From contig JAJDHH010000005.1 in NCBI GenBank assembly GCA_030266105.1, forward strand, positions 961-64,960: 64,000 nucleotides of DNA, given 5' to 3'. The position numbers and the translations under genes are program-made. The notes below the pieces were generated by a model that saw only the letters and a list, made by a program, of their open reading frames with translations, ran no database searches and was not told the DNA's origin. This DNA is from Eubacteriales bacterium OttesenSCG-928-K08 (lineage in GTDB: Bacteria; Bacillota; Clostridia; Christensenellales; CAG-138). This document shows, piece by piece, positions 1 to 8,415 of the stretch (position 1 is the stretch's first letter; each line of letters starts with the position of its first letter).

Positions 1-180
1 CATGTGTTCGATAGCGGCACCTATCTTGCGCCCGTTGTGACATGGGGAAAGCATGATGAGAAAAACGGCAGGCTGATGATGCCGCTCACCATGCAAGTCC
101 ACCATGCAGTTGCAGATGGCTTCCATATTGCACGGTTTTTTGAGGATATGCAGCGCGAAATTCAGACGCTAACGAAGTGA
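1..180 (+). CDS. cat: type-A chloramphenicol O-acetyltransferase, C-terminal fragment (5' end outside window)
   Basis: Frame 1 reads ...GRLMMPLTMQVHHAVADGFHIARFFEDMQREIQTLTK*, carrying the CAT catalytic-His signature HHAVxDG. Stop TGA at 178-180. Confidence 0.8.
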   Translation, partial: HVFDSGTYLAPVVTWGKHDEKNGRLMMPLTMQVHHAVADGFHIARFFEDMQREIQTLTK

Positions 181-209
181 TAAAAACGGAAAACAGGAGA
201 GCGCGTATC

Positions 210-878
210 ATGCTTGATATAGAATTATGGGTGCAGACACTGACCGAAAAGCTACGGGCCGCATTTCAGAACAGGCTGCTTTTTGTCGGTTTGCAGGGCA
301 GCTACGCACGCGGGGAAGCCCATGCGGGCAGTGATATTGATATCGTTGTCCTCGTGGACAGCCTGTCGCTGGACGATTTGAAGCGGTATAAGGCCGTTCT
401 GGATGAAATGCCACACAGGGAGCTGGCCTGCGGCTTTGTGAGCGACAGGCAAACGCTGCTGAACTGGCCAAAGCACGAGCTGTTCCAGTTTATCCATGAT
501 ACAAAGCCCGTTTATGGAACGATGGAAAACTGCCTGCCGTCCATCGACCGCGAGGATGTTGCGACCAGTGTGAAAATAAGCGCATCAGGGATCTATCACG
601 CCTGCTGCCACTCGTTTTTACATGGCGAGGATGATACCGAGGCACTGAAAGGACTCTATAAAGGTGCGTTCTTCCTATTACAGGCAACCCATTATCTGCA
701 CAGCGGCAGCTATGTGCGCACGAAGCGCGAGCTTCTTTCCTTGCTGGAAGGAACAGAGCAGGAGATTCTCAGCATCAGCATGAATTGGGAAGCACACCAA
801 GAGGAGATAGCCCAGCACCCAGATGGGTATTTTGAAAAGCTGATCACATGGACGTCGCGAGTCATTAAGTCGCCTTGA
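210..878 (+). CDS. nucleotidyltransferase-domain protein (ANT-like; possible aminoglycoside/lincosamide nucleotidyltransferase)
   Basis: Pol-beta-type NT motif LQGSYARGEAHAGSDIDIVVLVD. ATG at 210 is preceded by AGGAGA. The alternative GTG at 177 overlaps the cat stop (GTGA). Substrate cannot be assigned by eye. Confidence 0.6.
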   Translation: MLDIELWVQTLTEKLRAAFQNRLLFVGLQGSYARGEAHAGSDIDIVVLVDSLSLDDLKRYKAVLDEMPHRELACGFVSDRQTLLNWPKHELFQFIHDTKPVYGTMENCLPSIDREDVATSVKISASGIYHACCHSFLHGEDDTEALKGLYKGAFFLLQATHYLHSGSYVRTKRELLSLLEGTEQEILSISMNWEAHQEEIAQHPDGYFEKLITWTSRVIKSP

Positions 879-1133
879 GCTGCTTGAAGATAATACGAAC
901 AAAAAGGTTGAATATCGACTACTACTACAGTGAAGCTTTATAACTCGGCATAGTGCACTGAATAACAAGAGCGCGGAGAACTTGCGTCTCTCCGTGCTAT
1001 TTAAGTTTTTCCCACCATTCCGACGTGAATCTATCACATAGTTTTCCGCCGAATCTCTTGTAGTTGGTGGGGTGGACAGGCGGCGGGAAAGTCCCGCCGC
1101 CGTCCATCTTCTCGCTACTGTGCCGGAACCAGC

Positions 1134-1868
1134 TTACCCATTGGCGCGGCTCTGCATACTTTCGAGCCATGCGGAGTACGCCGCATCGTCCTCCCAGCTT
1201 ATCAGCCAAGGGGATGTGCTGCCGCCCGCTTCGCCGGGGCTTGCCACGAACGCTGCGAACACCTCAACAATGTAGCCACCGTCCGACGTTGCCATCAGTA
1301 GGTCAGGGTGCGCGTCGAAATACGCCTGTTCCTGGTACCCGATGAGCTCCGAAAACATGGAGCCATCCAACAGGTTATGTCCATAGATAATGGTGTTCCT
1401 GTCAGTAAATGGATCGTTCTCATAATCGATGAACAGGCACCCGGCCTTGTTCCGGGTGCCGTCGTACAGCCGTTTGAGGTAATAACTGTTGTCCTCGGCC
1501 TGCGCCACAGGGTAGTTGATGCCTGTGTCCTCGCAAACCAGCCACGCCCGTATATCCGGGTTCGTTTCCAGAAGCGTGTCAAAATCCACAACGGGCAGTC
1601 GGGATGGAGCGGCAGGCGCCGCTCCATCCGTTTGCATGCTCACATTTACCTGACCATCGCTGTCCCGTCCGTCCTGCGCGTCCGCGCCATCCTGCGGCTG
1701 GGGGCTTCCCACGAACTCAGCCAGCTTATCATATGCGTTTGCGCCCTCAGTATACTGCCTGGCCTCCTGTGCCAGCATATATCCGCTGGCGGCAATCAAT
1801 GCCACGCAGAGTGCCAGTGAGACGGCCGCGACCATACGGCGTTTTCCCTTCTTTTTGCGCAGATGCAT
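1134..1868 (-). pseudogene. class B sortase-like domain, C-terminally truncated (no TLxTC Cys / Arg)
   Basis: An internal ATG at 1868 gives MHLRKKKGKRRMVAAVSLALCVALIAASGYML (charged N-terminus plus TM anchor). This is followed by NYPVAQAEDNSYYLKRLYDG..CLFIDYEND..NTIIYGHNLLDGSMF (sortase His region). The frame ends at ..SWLESMQSRANG* before any catalytic Cys motif. Confidence 0.6.
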
Positions 1869-4800
1869 GTACACCGCAAACGAGATGGTGCCACCCAGCA
1901 GAGCGATGCCCAGCATGGCGATCCACACGATGACCATATTGTCGTCGCTTGTCTGTGGTACCGGCTTTGTGGGCTGCGTGGGCGCAGGCGGTGTGGGCTG
2001 TGGCGTTTTGGGTTCATCGGGCACACGCTTATCGACATTCACCGCCTGGGCCGCATCGTTGATGTCTGCATGCACGGCAATCTCCACGCCATCGATTTCC
2101 AGGCTTTCAAACACAACGAGGGTCCTGCCTGCGATGGCCCTGGAATCAAAAGTAAAGCGCACTTCCACAGTGCCGGAAGATGCGGTTGGTGTGAAGGTGG
2201 TTTCAGCCGTCACTGCCTTGCCGTCCTTAGTCAGCGGCTGACCGCTCTGTTTGTCCATCAGCACGCCCTTTAGTACATATTTCTGGCCGGGAACAAGGCC
2301 CTCATAGGACACGGCATCCACCACAGTAACGCTCTCGGCGATGGGAATGGTCTTGCTTCCGTTCTCCGTTTTGGCACTGGTGCCAATCTTGGGATCGATG
2401 AAGGTCACGGTCTGGCCCTCGTCCTCAATGTCGACATGGGTGGCGATCTCTTTCTCCTCTAAATACAGGGTTTCAAATACGACCACTGCCTTGCCTTTCA
2501 GGGCAGAGGAATCAAAGGTGAACGCCATCGGAATGCTGCCCGTGTCGGCGGGCGCATGGAAGATGACCTCGGCAGTTACGGTTTCGCCGCCGACCAGCAG
2601 CGGTTCGCCTGTCTCTTTGTCCATGAGGATGCCACGAACGGTGTACTCCTGGCCGGCCTTCAAGCCGCTGTAGTAAACGGTGTCAATGATGGTGGTCTTT
2701 TCGGATGCGTATGCGTTGCCGTCGCCCGTGTCCTGATCGCGGGCGGTGGTGAATATCTCGGGCACCACGATATGGTCGTTGGTGAGGGTACCCAAATCAA
2801 TGACGGTGTTGTGTCGGTAAACGGATACCTCAAAGCTGAGAAGCTCGTACCCTTTGTTGGCCTCGCAAGGCAGCTCCTCAATGAGATAGGTGTCATAGAG
2901 CAGCGCGCCCAACTCATCGTTGAGTGTTTCTGGCTGCCCGAACCAGATGCCATCCCGGTCGGTCTCGCCGCGGTTGGTGTTCTGGCTGTGCGGATTCCAG
3001 CTTGAAGCGGTGCTAAATTCGCCATTGATATCCGTTACGATGACATGGCTTTCGCCGGTGGTGACCGACGTGATGGCAAACGGCACGTTCGCCAGCCGCT
3101 TTGCGTCGCCATCCGAGATTTTGACGCCTTTAAGATCGCCGCGGATGGGGTTGTTCTTGATCGCCTTATCCGAGGTGTTCAGCACAACGGTTACACCGTG
3201 TTCGCGGATTTCAAAGGTGCGGTTCAGCACGCCCGTGGCCAAGTAGCCCCTGGGCGGCGATACCTCCCGCACCTCGTAAGTGCCGTAGGGCAGCAGCTCG
3301 CTAGGTGTTTGCGCCGTGCCAGTGCTGTCCGTCTCAAAGGTATAGACCACCTCGCCGACCTCATACAGCACATCCTGCACCAGCACGCTGTCTGCGCTGC
3401 GATTGACGATCTCAAAGATAGCGCCCTCCAGAGTGGCGCCGCCCTGCGGCCTGTGCGCGTCAATCTCATTGTCCCATTTTTCCACCCGCACGCCGCCGCG
3501 GATGATATTGTTCTTAATCACGGTCTCGCTGGCTTTCAGGTCGACGATGACGCCCTCCTCCCGGATTTGGAAGGACTGCCGGATGATCCCGGTGTTCAGG
3601 TATCCCGTGGGAGGCGTTTTTTCGATTATTTCATAGCTGCCGTAAGGGAGCAAGTTGCTCTCGGCACCCGCCCAGCCGTCCGCATCGGTGGTCATGGTAT
3701 ACACCACCGCGCCCGGCGCGTACTCGGTGCCCTCCACCACAACGCTGTGGGCGCTGCGGTTCCAGATTTCCAGCACCGCACCCTCAAGCGTGGCGTCGCC
3801 CTGCTTCAAAACGCGCTCGTCCCGCTCAATATCCCATTTTTCGATCTCCACGCCGCCACGGATCACATTGTTCTTGATGGTGGTGGCGCTAGTTTTTAAG
3901 CTGACAATGATGCCCTGATCCCGGATGGCAAAGGACTGCCGGATAACGCCGGTGTTCAGGTAGCCTGTGGGCGGTGTTTTTTCGACGATCTCATACTCGC
4001 CGTAGGGCAGCAAATCGTTGGCCGTCGCAGCTGCTCCTGCCTCGTCGGTGGTCATGGTATGCACCACTTCGCCCGGCGCGTAGGTCTTTCCGTTCACAAC
4101 AACGCTGTTCGCGCTGCGGTTGTAGATTTCAGGTTCGCTCCCGGCAAGCGTAGCGTCACCCTGGGGGGCAGCCCTGCGGTTCAGGTCAAAATCCCATTTT
4201 TCAATGGCTACGCCACCGCGAATCACCTTGTCTGGCACAATGGGCTGGTTGTATGTCCTGACGGATTCTGCAGTGCCCTGCGAAGTGATTTGTCGGATAA
4301 AAAGCTCGTTGTTGATGAGATAGCCTGTGGGCGGCTTGGTTTCCTGAATGGTCACCGTGCCCAGCGGCAGGGTTGGGTCGCCATTCCCTGCGTAGTAGAA
4401 AGCGTCGCCGGACACAAGGTAATCGGGGTGCAGGTACGCCGTGCCGTTGGCCCCGGTTTTGAGCACCCACGTTCTGTCCGGGGTGCGACCGGAAAGCTGG
4501 TCTGCGGAATACAGCCCCTTGTAGTATTTGACGGTGAACTCCGCACCCGCCAGCATCGCGCCACCCTGGGGCACAGCGGCAGCGGTCTCCGCGTCCTGCT
4601 TGCGAAGGATGATGCCCACAGGGTCGTTCTGCGGCAGGTCGCTCACCTGTACGGTCACGGTCTGGCCGGACACAATAGTGAAGGAAATCCGCGAGGTGTT
4701 CAACGCAAATCCCTTCGGCGGTGTCACCTCAACAAGATAGTAGCCCGATCCTGCCGGAAGGTCTTCCAGCCGCCCCCAGCCATTGGCGTCGGTGGTGATG

Positions 4801-4943
4801 GAGCCGACCTTCTGATTGCTACCATCGTAGACATCAAATACGGCGCCCGCCAGGGAATAGCAGGGGTTGTTGTTCGACATCGCCGGGTTGCTGGAAACCT
4901 TTTGAATCTCCAGATGCCCGGTGGGGTTGTAGTTCCATCCCAC
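1134..4943 (-). CDS. surface adhesin stalk (SpaA/Cna-B-type repeats plus two VaFE-type repeats plus sorting signal) reading through into the sortase fragment
   Basis: 1269-aa ORF with a GTG start. It has repeated modules ending TPPTGYLNTG..IKNN. Two repeats carry VVVFETLY / LVVFESLE. Then come a Pro-rich linker, VPQTSDD, and a hydrophobic stretch MVIVWIAMLGIALLGGTISFAVY. There is no signal peptide at the ORF start. Confidence 0.7.
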   Translation of the reverse strand: MGWNYNPTGHLEIQKVSSNPAMSNNNPCYSLAGAVFDVYDGSNQKVGSITTDANGWGRLEDLPAGSGYYLVEVTPPKGFALNTSRISFTIVSGQTVTVQVSDLPQNDPVGIILRKQDAETAAAVPQGGAMLAGAEFTVKYYKGLYSADQLSGRTPDRTWVLKTGANGTAYLHPDYLVSGDAFYYAGNGDPTLPLGTVTIQETKPPTGYLINNELFIRQITSQGTAESVRTYNQPIVPDKVIRGGVAIEKWDFDLNRRAAPQGDATLAGSEPEIYNRSANSVVVNGKTYAPGEVVHTMTTDEAGAAATANDLLPYGEYEIVEKTPPTGYLNTGVIRQSFAIRDQGIIVSLKTSATTIKNNVIRGGVEIEKWDIERDERVLKQGDATLEGAVLEIWNRSAHSVVVEGTEYAPGAVVYTMTTDADGWAGAESNLLPYGSYEIIEKTPPTGYLNTGIIRQSFQIREEGVIVDLKASETVIKNNIIRGGVRVEKWDNEIDAHRPQGGATLEGAIFEIVNRSADSVLVQDVLYEVGEVVYTFETDSTGTAQTPSELLPYGTYEVREVSPPRGYLATGVLNRTFEIREHGVTVVLNTSDKAIKNNPIRGDLKGVKISDGDAKRLANVPFAITSVTTGESHVIVTDINGEFSTASSWNPHSQNTNRGETDRDGIWFGQPETLNDELGALLYDTYLIEELPCEANKGYELLSFEVSVYRHNTVIDLGTLTNDHIVVPEIFTTARDQDTGDGNAYASEKTTIIDTVYYSGLKAGQEYTVRGILMDKETGEPLLVGGETVTAEVIFHAPADTGSIPMAFTFDSSALKGKAVVVFETLYLEEKEIATHVDIEDEGQTVTFIDPKIGTSAKTENGSKTIPIAESVTVVDAVSYEGLVPGQKYVLKGVLMDKQSGQPLTKDGKAVTAETTFTPTASSGTVEVRFTFDSRAIAGRTLVVFESLEIDGVEIAVHADINDAAQAVNVDKRVPDEPKTPQPTPPAPTQPTKPVPQTSDDNMVIVWIAMLGIALLGGTISFAVYMHLRKKKGKRRMVAAVSLALCVALIAASGYMLAQEARQYTEGANAYDKLAEFVGSPQPQDGADAQDGRDSDGQVNVSMQTDGAAPAAPSRLPVVDFDTLLETNPDIRAWLVCEDTGINYPVAQAEDNSYYLKRLYDGTRNKAGCLFIDYENDPFTDRNTIIYGHNLLDGSMFSELIGYQEQAYFDAHPDLLMATSDGGYIVEVFAAFVASPGEAGGSTSPWLISWEDDAAYSAWLESMQSRANG
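3100..4260 (-). repeat. tandem ~360-bp coding repeats (3 clear copies plus a degenerate one) encoding the SpaA-type stalk modules
   Basis: The motif (a/g)tcccatttt recurs at 3471, 3831 and 4191, an exact 360-nt period. The protein modules VIRGGV(A/E)IEKWD...TPPTGYLNTG...IKNN repeat accordingly. Confidence 0.75.
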
Positions 4944-4949
4944 GAAGCT

Positions 4950-6362
4950 CTACGTCGCGCCATCCGCCTCGTTGTAGACAAACGCCTCAAAACCATCGGG
5001 CGGCATGGGCTGTGCGCAGACCGACGCATACACCCCCATCAGGTGCTGCACAACAGAGGGACTGACTCTATAGAACGCCTCTGATGCGTTTCCACTGTAT
5101 GCATAGGCCGCGGCCAAATGGCTGTATGCGTAGGCCAGCAGCGAATCGGGGTCGTCGAACAAATTGTGCTTGACGGAATCGTAGCCGGGGCCGCCATAGA
5201 GGTAGTACGCACACTTAATCAGCGCATCGTCCACACCCGGCTGAAGATAGCGGCTGACAGGGTATGTGCCCGTTGGGGCGCTCGGCACGGACGGTTGCAG
5301 GCAGAACGCCGTGTTGCCGTTCGCGGTAAAATAGTGGGTGTAGTATCCGTAATATATCTGGTCGTCGCTGCGTGTGTGGGCCACCTGGCCGCCGGAATTG
5401 CGGGTGCGCAGCATCGCCTGGGTATAGGCCACGACCGTTAGGTCGCCACCCAGTGGTGAGGTGGATACATGCAGAGTCCCGTCCGAATAGCTGTAAGCGT
5501 CTGCGGGAAGCTCAATGCCGTTTTGTGACACGACCAGGGAGTCCGCAGAAGCAAGCGGTATGCTGATGCTGGCTACGTTTGACGGCAGGCGCAACTCGCT
5601 GGTGGATGTGGTAAACCGGCCGTTTTCAAAAGCGCAGACCGTTGCCTTTACAGGCAGTTCCACAGCCTCTGACGCAGGGCAATACCACTCGACCGTAACC
5701 GAATGCCCCATGTAGTCCTGCGGCAGTGAAACCATGCCGGTCGCTGCATCGTAAAATGCCAGCGCGGTGATGTCCTCACTGTCGTTCAGCAGCACACGAA
5801 AGCGCATGGCATCCGTACTGACCGGCACGATGCCGGGGAACTTGTTTGCCGAAATGGTGATGTTTTTGCCATCCGCCAGTGCCAGGGCGTAGAACGAATG
5901 GGTGGATGCCAGCGTATAGGCTGCATATTCCACAATCACCTGTTCAGGGCTGTCGGCGTAATAGTGGTAATCCACCCGCACCAAAGGCTTATCCACCACT
6001 TTCACCAGTTCCGGCTTCACCGAAGTAATGGGAGCGGGGTGCGTAGGTGTAGGCTCAAAGACGGGCGGCACGCTCTCCGCTGGTTCCTCCTCGGTAGGCG
6101 GTGTGCTTTCCACTGGCTCTTCCGATGCAGGCGGCGGTGTGTTTTCCGCAGGTTCGCCGAGATCAGGCTCAATCGGCCCGCTGTCGTCCGGCACGGAACT
6201 ACCGTCCGGTGGTACCGGAGATGTTTCATCGGGAAATGACTCAGTTTGATTGATGATGCCTGTATCCGTTGTGTCCTCTGCCAGCGCGGTCACAGGCAGA
6301 ATGGACAGGCACATCATCAAAACAAGCATGATCCCAAGAATACGCTTGAATCGCTTTCTCAT
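4950..6362 (-). CDS. adhesin head: signal peptide, Pro-rich linker, putative thioester-type adhesive domain
   Basis: ATG at 6362 follows AAGGAGG. Signal peptide is MRKRFKRILGIMLVLMMCLSILPVTALA. A PE-rich linker follows. The C-terminal domain has NGNTAFCLQPSVPSAPTG and YYLYGGPGYD. It ends at TAG 4950-4952, in the same frame as the stalk ORF. Confidence 0.65.
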   Translation of the reverse strand: MRKRFKRILGIMLVLMMCLSILPVTALAEDTTDTGIINQTESFPDETSPVPPDGSSVPDDSGPIEPDLGEPAENTPPPASEEPVESTPPTEEEPAESVPPVFEPTPTHPAPITSVKPELVKVVDKPLVRVDYHYYADSPEQVIVEYAAYTLASTHSFYALALADGKNITISANKFPGIVPVSTDAMRFRVLLNDSEDITALAFYDAATGMVSLPQDYMGHSVTVEWYCPASEAVELPVKATVCAFENGRFTTSTSELRLPSNVASISIPLASADSLVVSQNGIELPADAYSYSDGTLHVSTSPLGGDLTVVAYTQAMLRTRNSGGQVAHTRSDDQIYYGYYTHYFTANGNTAFCLQPSVPSAPTGTYPVSRYLQPGVDDALIKCAYYLYGGPGYDSVKHNLFDDPDSLLAYAYSHLAAAYAYSGNASEAFYRVSPSVVQHLMGVYASVCAQPMPPDGFEAFVYNEADGAT

Positions 6363-6384
6363 GTGGTCCTCCTTAAAAAATGGC

Positions 6385-6422
6385 AGTAAAAAGCCCCGCA
6401 TATCGCTTTGATATACGGGGCT
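6385..6422 (-). terminator. intrinsic terminator after the Pro-rich membrane protein gene
   Basis: Minus strand reads agccccgtatatc-aaag-gatatgcggggct followed by TTTTT. The two arms have one position that does not pair. Confidence 0.55.
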
Positions 6423-6460
6423 GTGGGTTATGATGCGCAAAGGCATATTTGAAAACAGGG

Positions 6461-7021
6461 TCACTCCACGCGGTAGCTGAAATCCTCTCCGTTCAGGAGA
6501 TGCCCATCGCCATGCGCTGGCACATTTCCTGTGATATCCGCACCGCAGGTGTTGCAGATCGTCCGGGTTTGCGGTGGTGGTGGATCGGGAAGCACCGACT
6601 CGGGTTCCGGTTCGGGTGCTGGCGGTTGTGCAGGCGGTGGCGTGGGTTCAGGTGCAGGTGTGGGTGGCGGCGCTTGCTCTGGCTGGGTTATGGGCGCGGG
6701 CGTTGATGGAGCCGCGGGTGGATTACCGCCGCCCGTGTTGCCTTGCGGCGTAGCGGTGGCCTGTGAACCGCCATCCTGTCCATCCTGCTTAGAACTGTCC
6801 GTCGAGTCCGGGTGTATCGTTGATGCGGGAGAAGGCGATATGATCGTCGGGGCCATGCTTTCAGATGGTGTTGAAGATATGGCTGCGCTCTGTTCGGGCA
6901 TGGGCTCCGATGGTGGGGCTTCCTCCTGCTTCTGTGCACCGCAGGACCTTGCCAGTAAAGCGATGACCAGGCCCAGGGTAATCAAAATCGCTACAGACGC
7001 CACCGTCTTCTTTTTTTGCAT
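6461..7021 (-). CDS. membrane-anchored proline-rich protein with small C-terminal CxxC..HxxxH module
   Basis: ATG at 7021 follows GGGAGGA. N-terminus is MQKKKTVASVAILITLGLVIALLA (signal anchor). A long P/T/S/A-rich region follows, then ICNTCGADITGNVPAHGDGH at the C-terminus. Confidence 0.5.
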   Translation of the reverse strand: MQKKKTVASVAILITLGLVIALLARSCGAQKQEEAPPSEPMPEQSAAISSTPSESMAPTIISPSPASTIHPDSTDSSKQDGQDGGSQATATPQGNTGGGNPPAAPSTPAPITQPEQAPPPTPAPEPTPPPAQPPAPEPEPESVLPDPPPPQTRTICNTCGADITGNVPAHGDGHLLNGEDFSYRVE

Positions 7022-7044
7022 GCCGCATCCTCCCATCAACCAGA

Positions 7045-7230
7045 CTATTGCATTGGTTGTGGCATTGTAGCTTGCGTTTTACTCGTTGTCAAATGGTTCT
7101 TCATCTGTCCCATCAACATCGCGTGAGTAATAGGTATAGTGATTTGCGCGGAGTCATAGTTGCGCTCATCCCCGGCACTTGTGCCGGTTGGTGCAATCGA
7201 GTCCCAAAATCCGCTGTATTCTTTGGCCAT
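7045..7230 (-). CDS. hypothetical small protein (61 aa) downstream of tail genes
   Basis: ORF with AGAGGTGAG 5 nt upstream of the ATG. No recognisable motif. Confidence 0.3.
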   Translation of the reverse strand: MAKEYSGFWDSIAPTGTSAGDERNYDSAQITIPITHAMLMGQMKNHLTTSKTQATMPQPMQ

Positions 7231-7234
7231 AAGC

Positions 7235-8413
7235 TCACCTCTTTTTATTTAGCTCTGTTATACGATCCGCTAACGTAAGACTGTTTGATCCAACAACCGC
7301 CTCCACATTGATGCGCCCGCGCTCATATATCTCGCGCACCAGAGTGATGCGTGTATCCAACAGCAGCCGCTTACCCAGCACATCCATGACCACAGTGACT
7401 ATATCCCCAAGATCCCAATCCACGCCGTAAACAAAAGAGCCGGTGGGAATTATCTCCCCCTCCAGCCCTTGGATCAACTTACGGGTATCTTTGTGTTTGT
7501 GCAATCCTTCAAAATATAATTTCTCCGGATCGTCTACATTCCCGGCTGATATCCACGCCTCACGGCGATCCCAGCCTGCTATTGGATCCTCCAGCTGATT
7601 GCCCTCATCATCCATGTAGGCGGTAAGCACCAGCTGATCCTCATCCTCACCAGCACCACCGATATACGGGGCATTGGTATACTCGCTTTTATCGTAGGTA
7701 TAGCGATTGCTGATAATATTGTCCATGGCGGGCGTAAAAATCACCGGACTGTTGCCATCGGTATTTGTGGTAGTTTTATCCCTGCCGGGCACCACCACAA
7801 ATACCATGCGTTTATTTTTCTCGTCCAGCCGGATATCCCAGCCCATGCCCGTCCATTCGCCGATCTCGGCAAATACCTCGTGCAGCTTTTCGTTATGCTG
7901 GCACTGCCATGGTGTAATAATTCCACGCGGGGGATCCGCAATATCATCCAACACAATCCCCGGAAGCCTGCGGTTATCGTCCACCGGTGCTATCATGTGC
8001 CGTGCGGCATAGTGCCTATATACATCTTCGGCGGTGCCCTGCACGCGATCCCACCCCAGTGCATTCGGATCCTCCGTTTGCGTGGGCGGCACGATGATCC
8101 TAAGCCGCGCTGCGCCTTTTAGCATGAACCCTGATACTGTGATATTATCTGTGTTACGATCATCATCCGCTTGTATTTTGCGTATGATACCCGCCCGAGC
8201 ATCGCTCATGCCCATGCAAATAATACGTCCCTCGGCCAGCTTATCCGCATCCATTGCCTGTTCAGGGAGTACAAGAGTAAACTTTCCAACGCCCCAGTGG
8301 CTGCGTTCAAATGTAAACGATGTGTATTTTGGTATCAAGCCGACTTGCGTCAGGTTCGTGTCCAACACAAATAAATCCCTGTTTTTAGGGACGCGCCCAT
8401 ATACATCGTACAT
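7235..8413 (-). CDS. tail protein (Gp37-like / Tal N-terminal-type baseplate hub)
   Basis: Sits immediately after Dit. N-terminus MYDVYGRVPKNRDLFVLDTNLTQVGLIPKYTSFTFERSHWGVGKFTLVLP resembles siphovirus Gp37-like proteins, judged from memory of the family. Confidence 0.6.
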   Translation of the reverse strand: MYDVYGRVPKNRDLFVLDTNLTQVGLIPKYTSFTFERSHWGVGKFTLVLPEQAMDADKLAEGRIICMGMSDARAGIIRKIQADDDRNTDNITVSGFMLKGAARLRIIVPPTQTEDPNALGWDRVQGTAEDVYRHYAARHMIAPVDDNRRLPGIVLDDIADPPRGIITPWQCQHNEKLHEVFAEIGEWTGMGWDIRLDEKNKRMVFVVVPGRDKTTTNTDGNSPVIFTPAMDNIISNRYTYDKSEYTNAPYIGGAGEDEDQLVLTAYMDDEGNQLEDPIAGWDRREAWISAGNVDDPEKLYFEGLHKHKDTRKLIQGLEGEIIPTGSFVYGVDWDLGDIVTVVMDVLGKRLLLDTRITLVREIYERGRINVEAVVGSNSLTLADRITELNKKR

Positions 8414-8415
8414 AT

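Noticed and set aside
965-1000. Partial resemblance of cggagagacgcaagttctc (reverse strand) to the tRNA-Ser(GCU) T-arm region as a possible attL
   Set aside because: Only 8 contiguous matching bases, followed by divergence. Too weak to call an attachment site.
4950-4952. Stop-codon reassignment (TAG as sense) to explain the in-frame TAG in the adhesin
   Set aside because: TAG terminates several well-supported genes in the same window (integrase, DUF47, RHH). A genome-wide recoding is therefore not supported.
3045-5084. Long plus-strand ORFs (3045-3899, 4059-5084 and many shorter ones) antisense to the adhesin genes
   Set aside because: These are typical shadow frames of a GC-rich repetitive coding region. 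They are Arg/Gly/Ala/His-rich, show no motifs, and repeat with the same 360-nt period as the sense gene.
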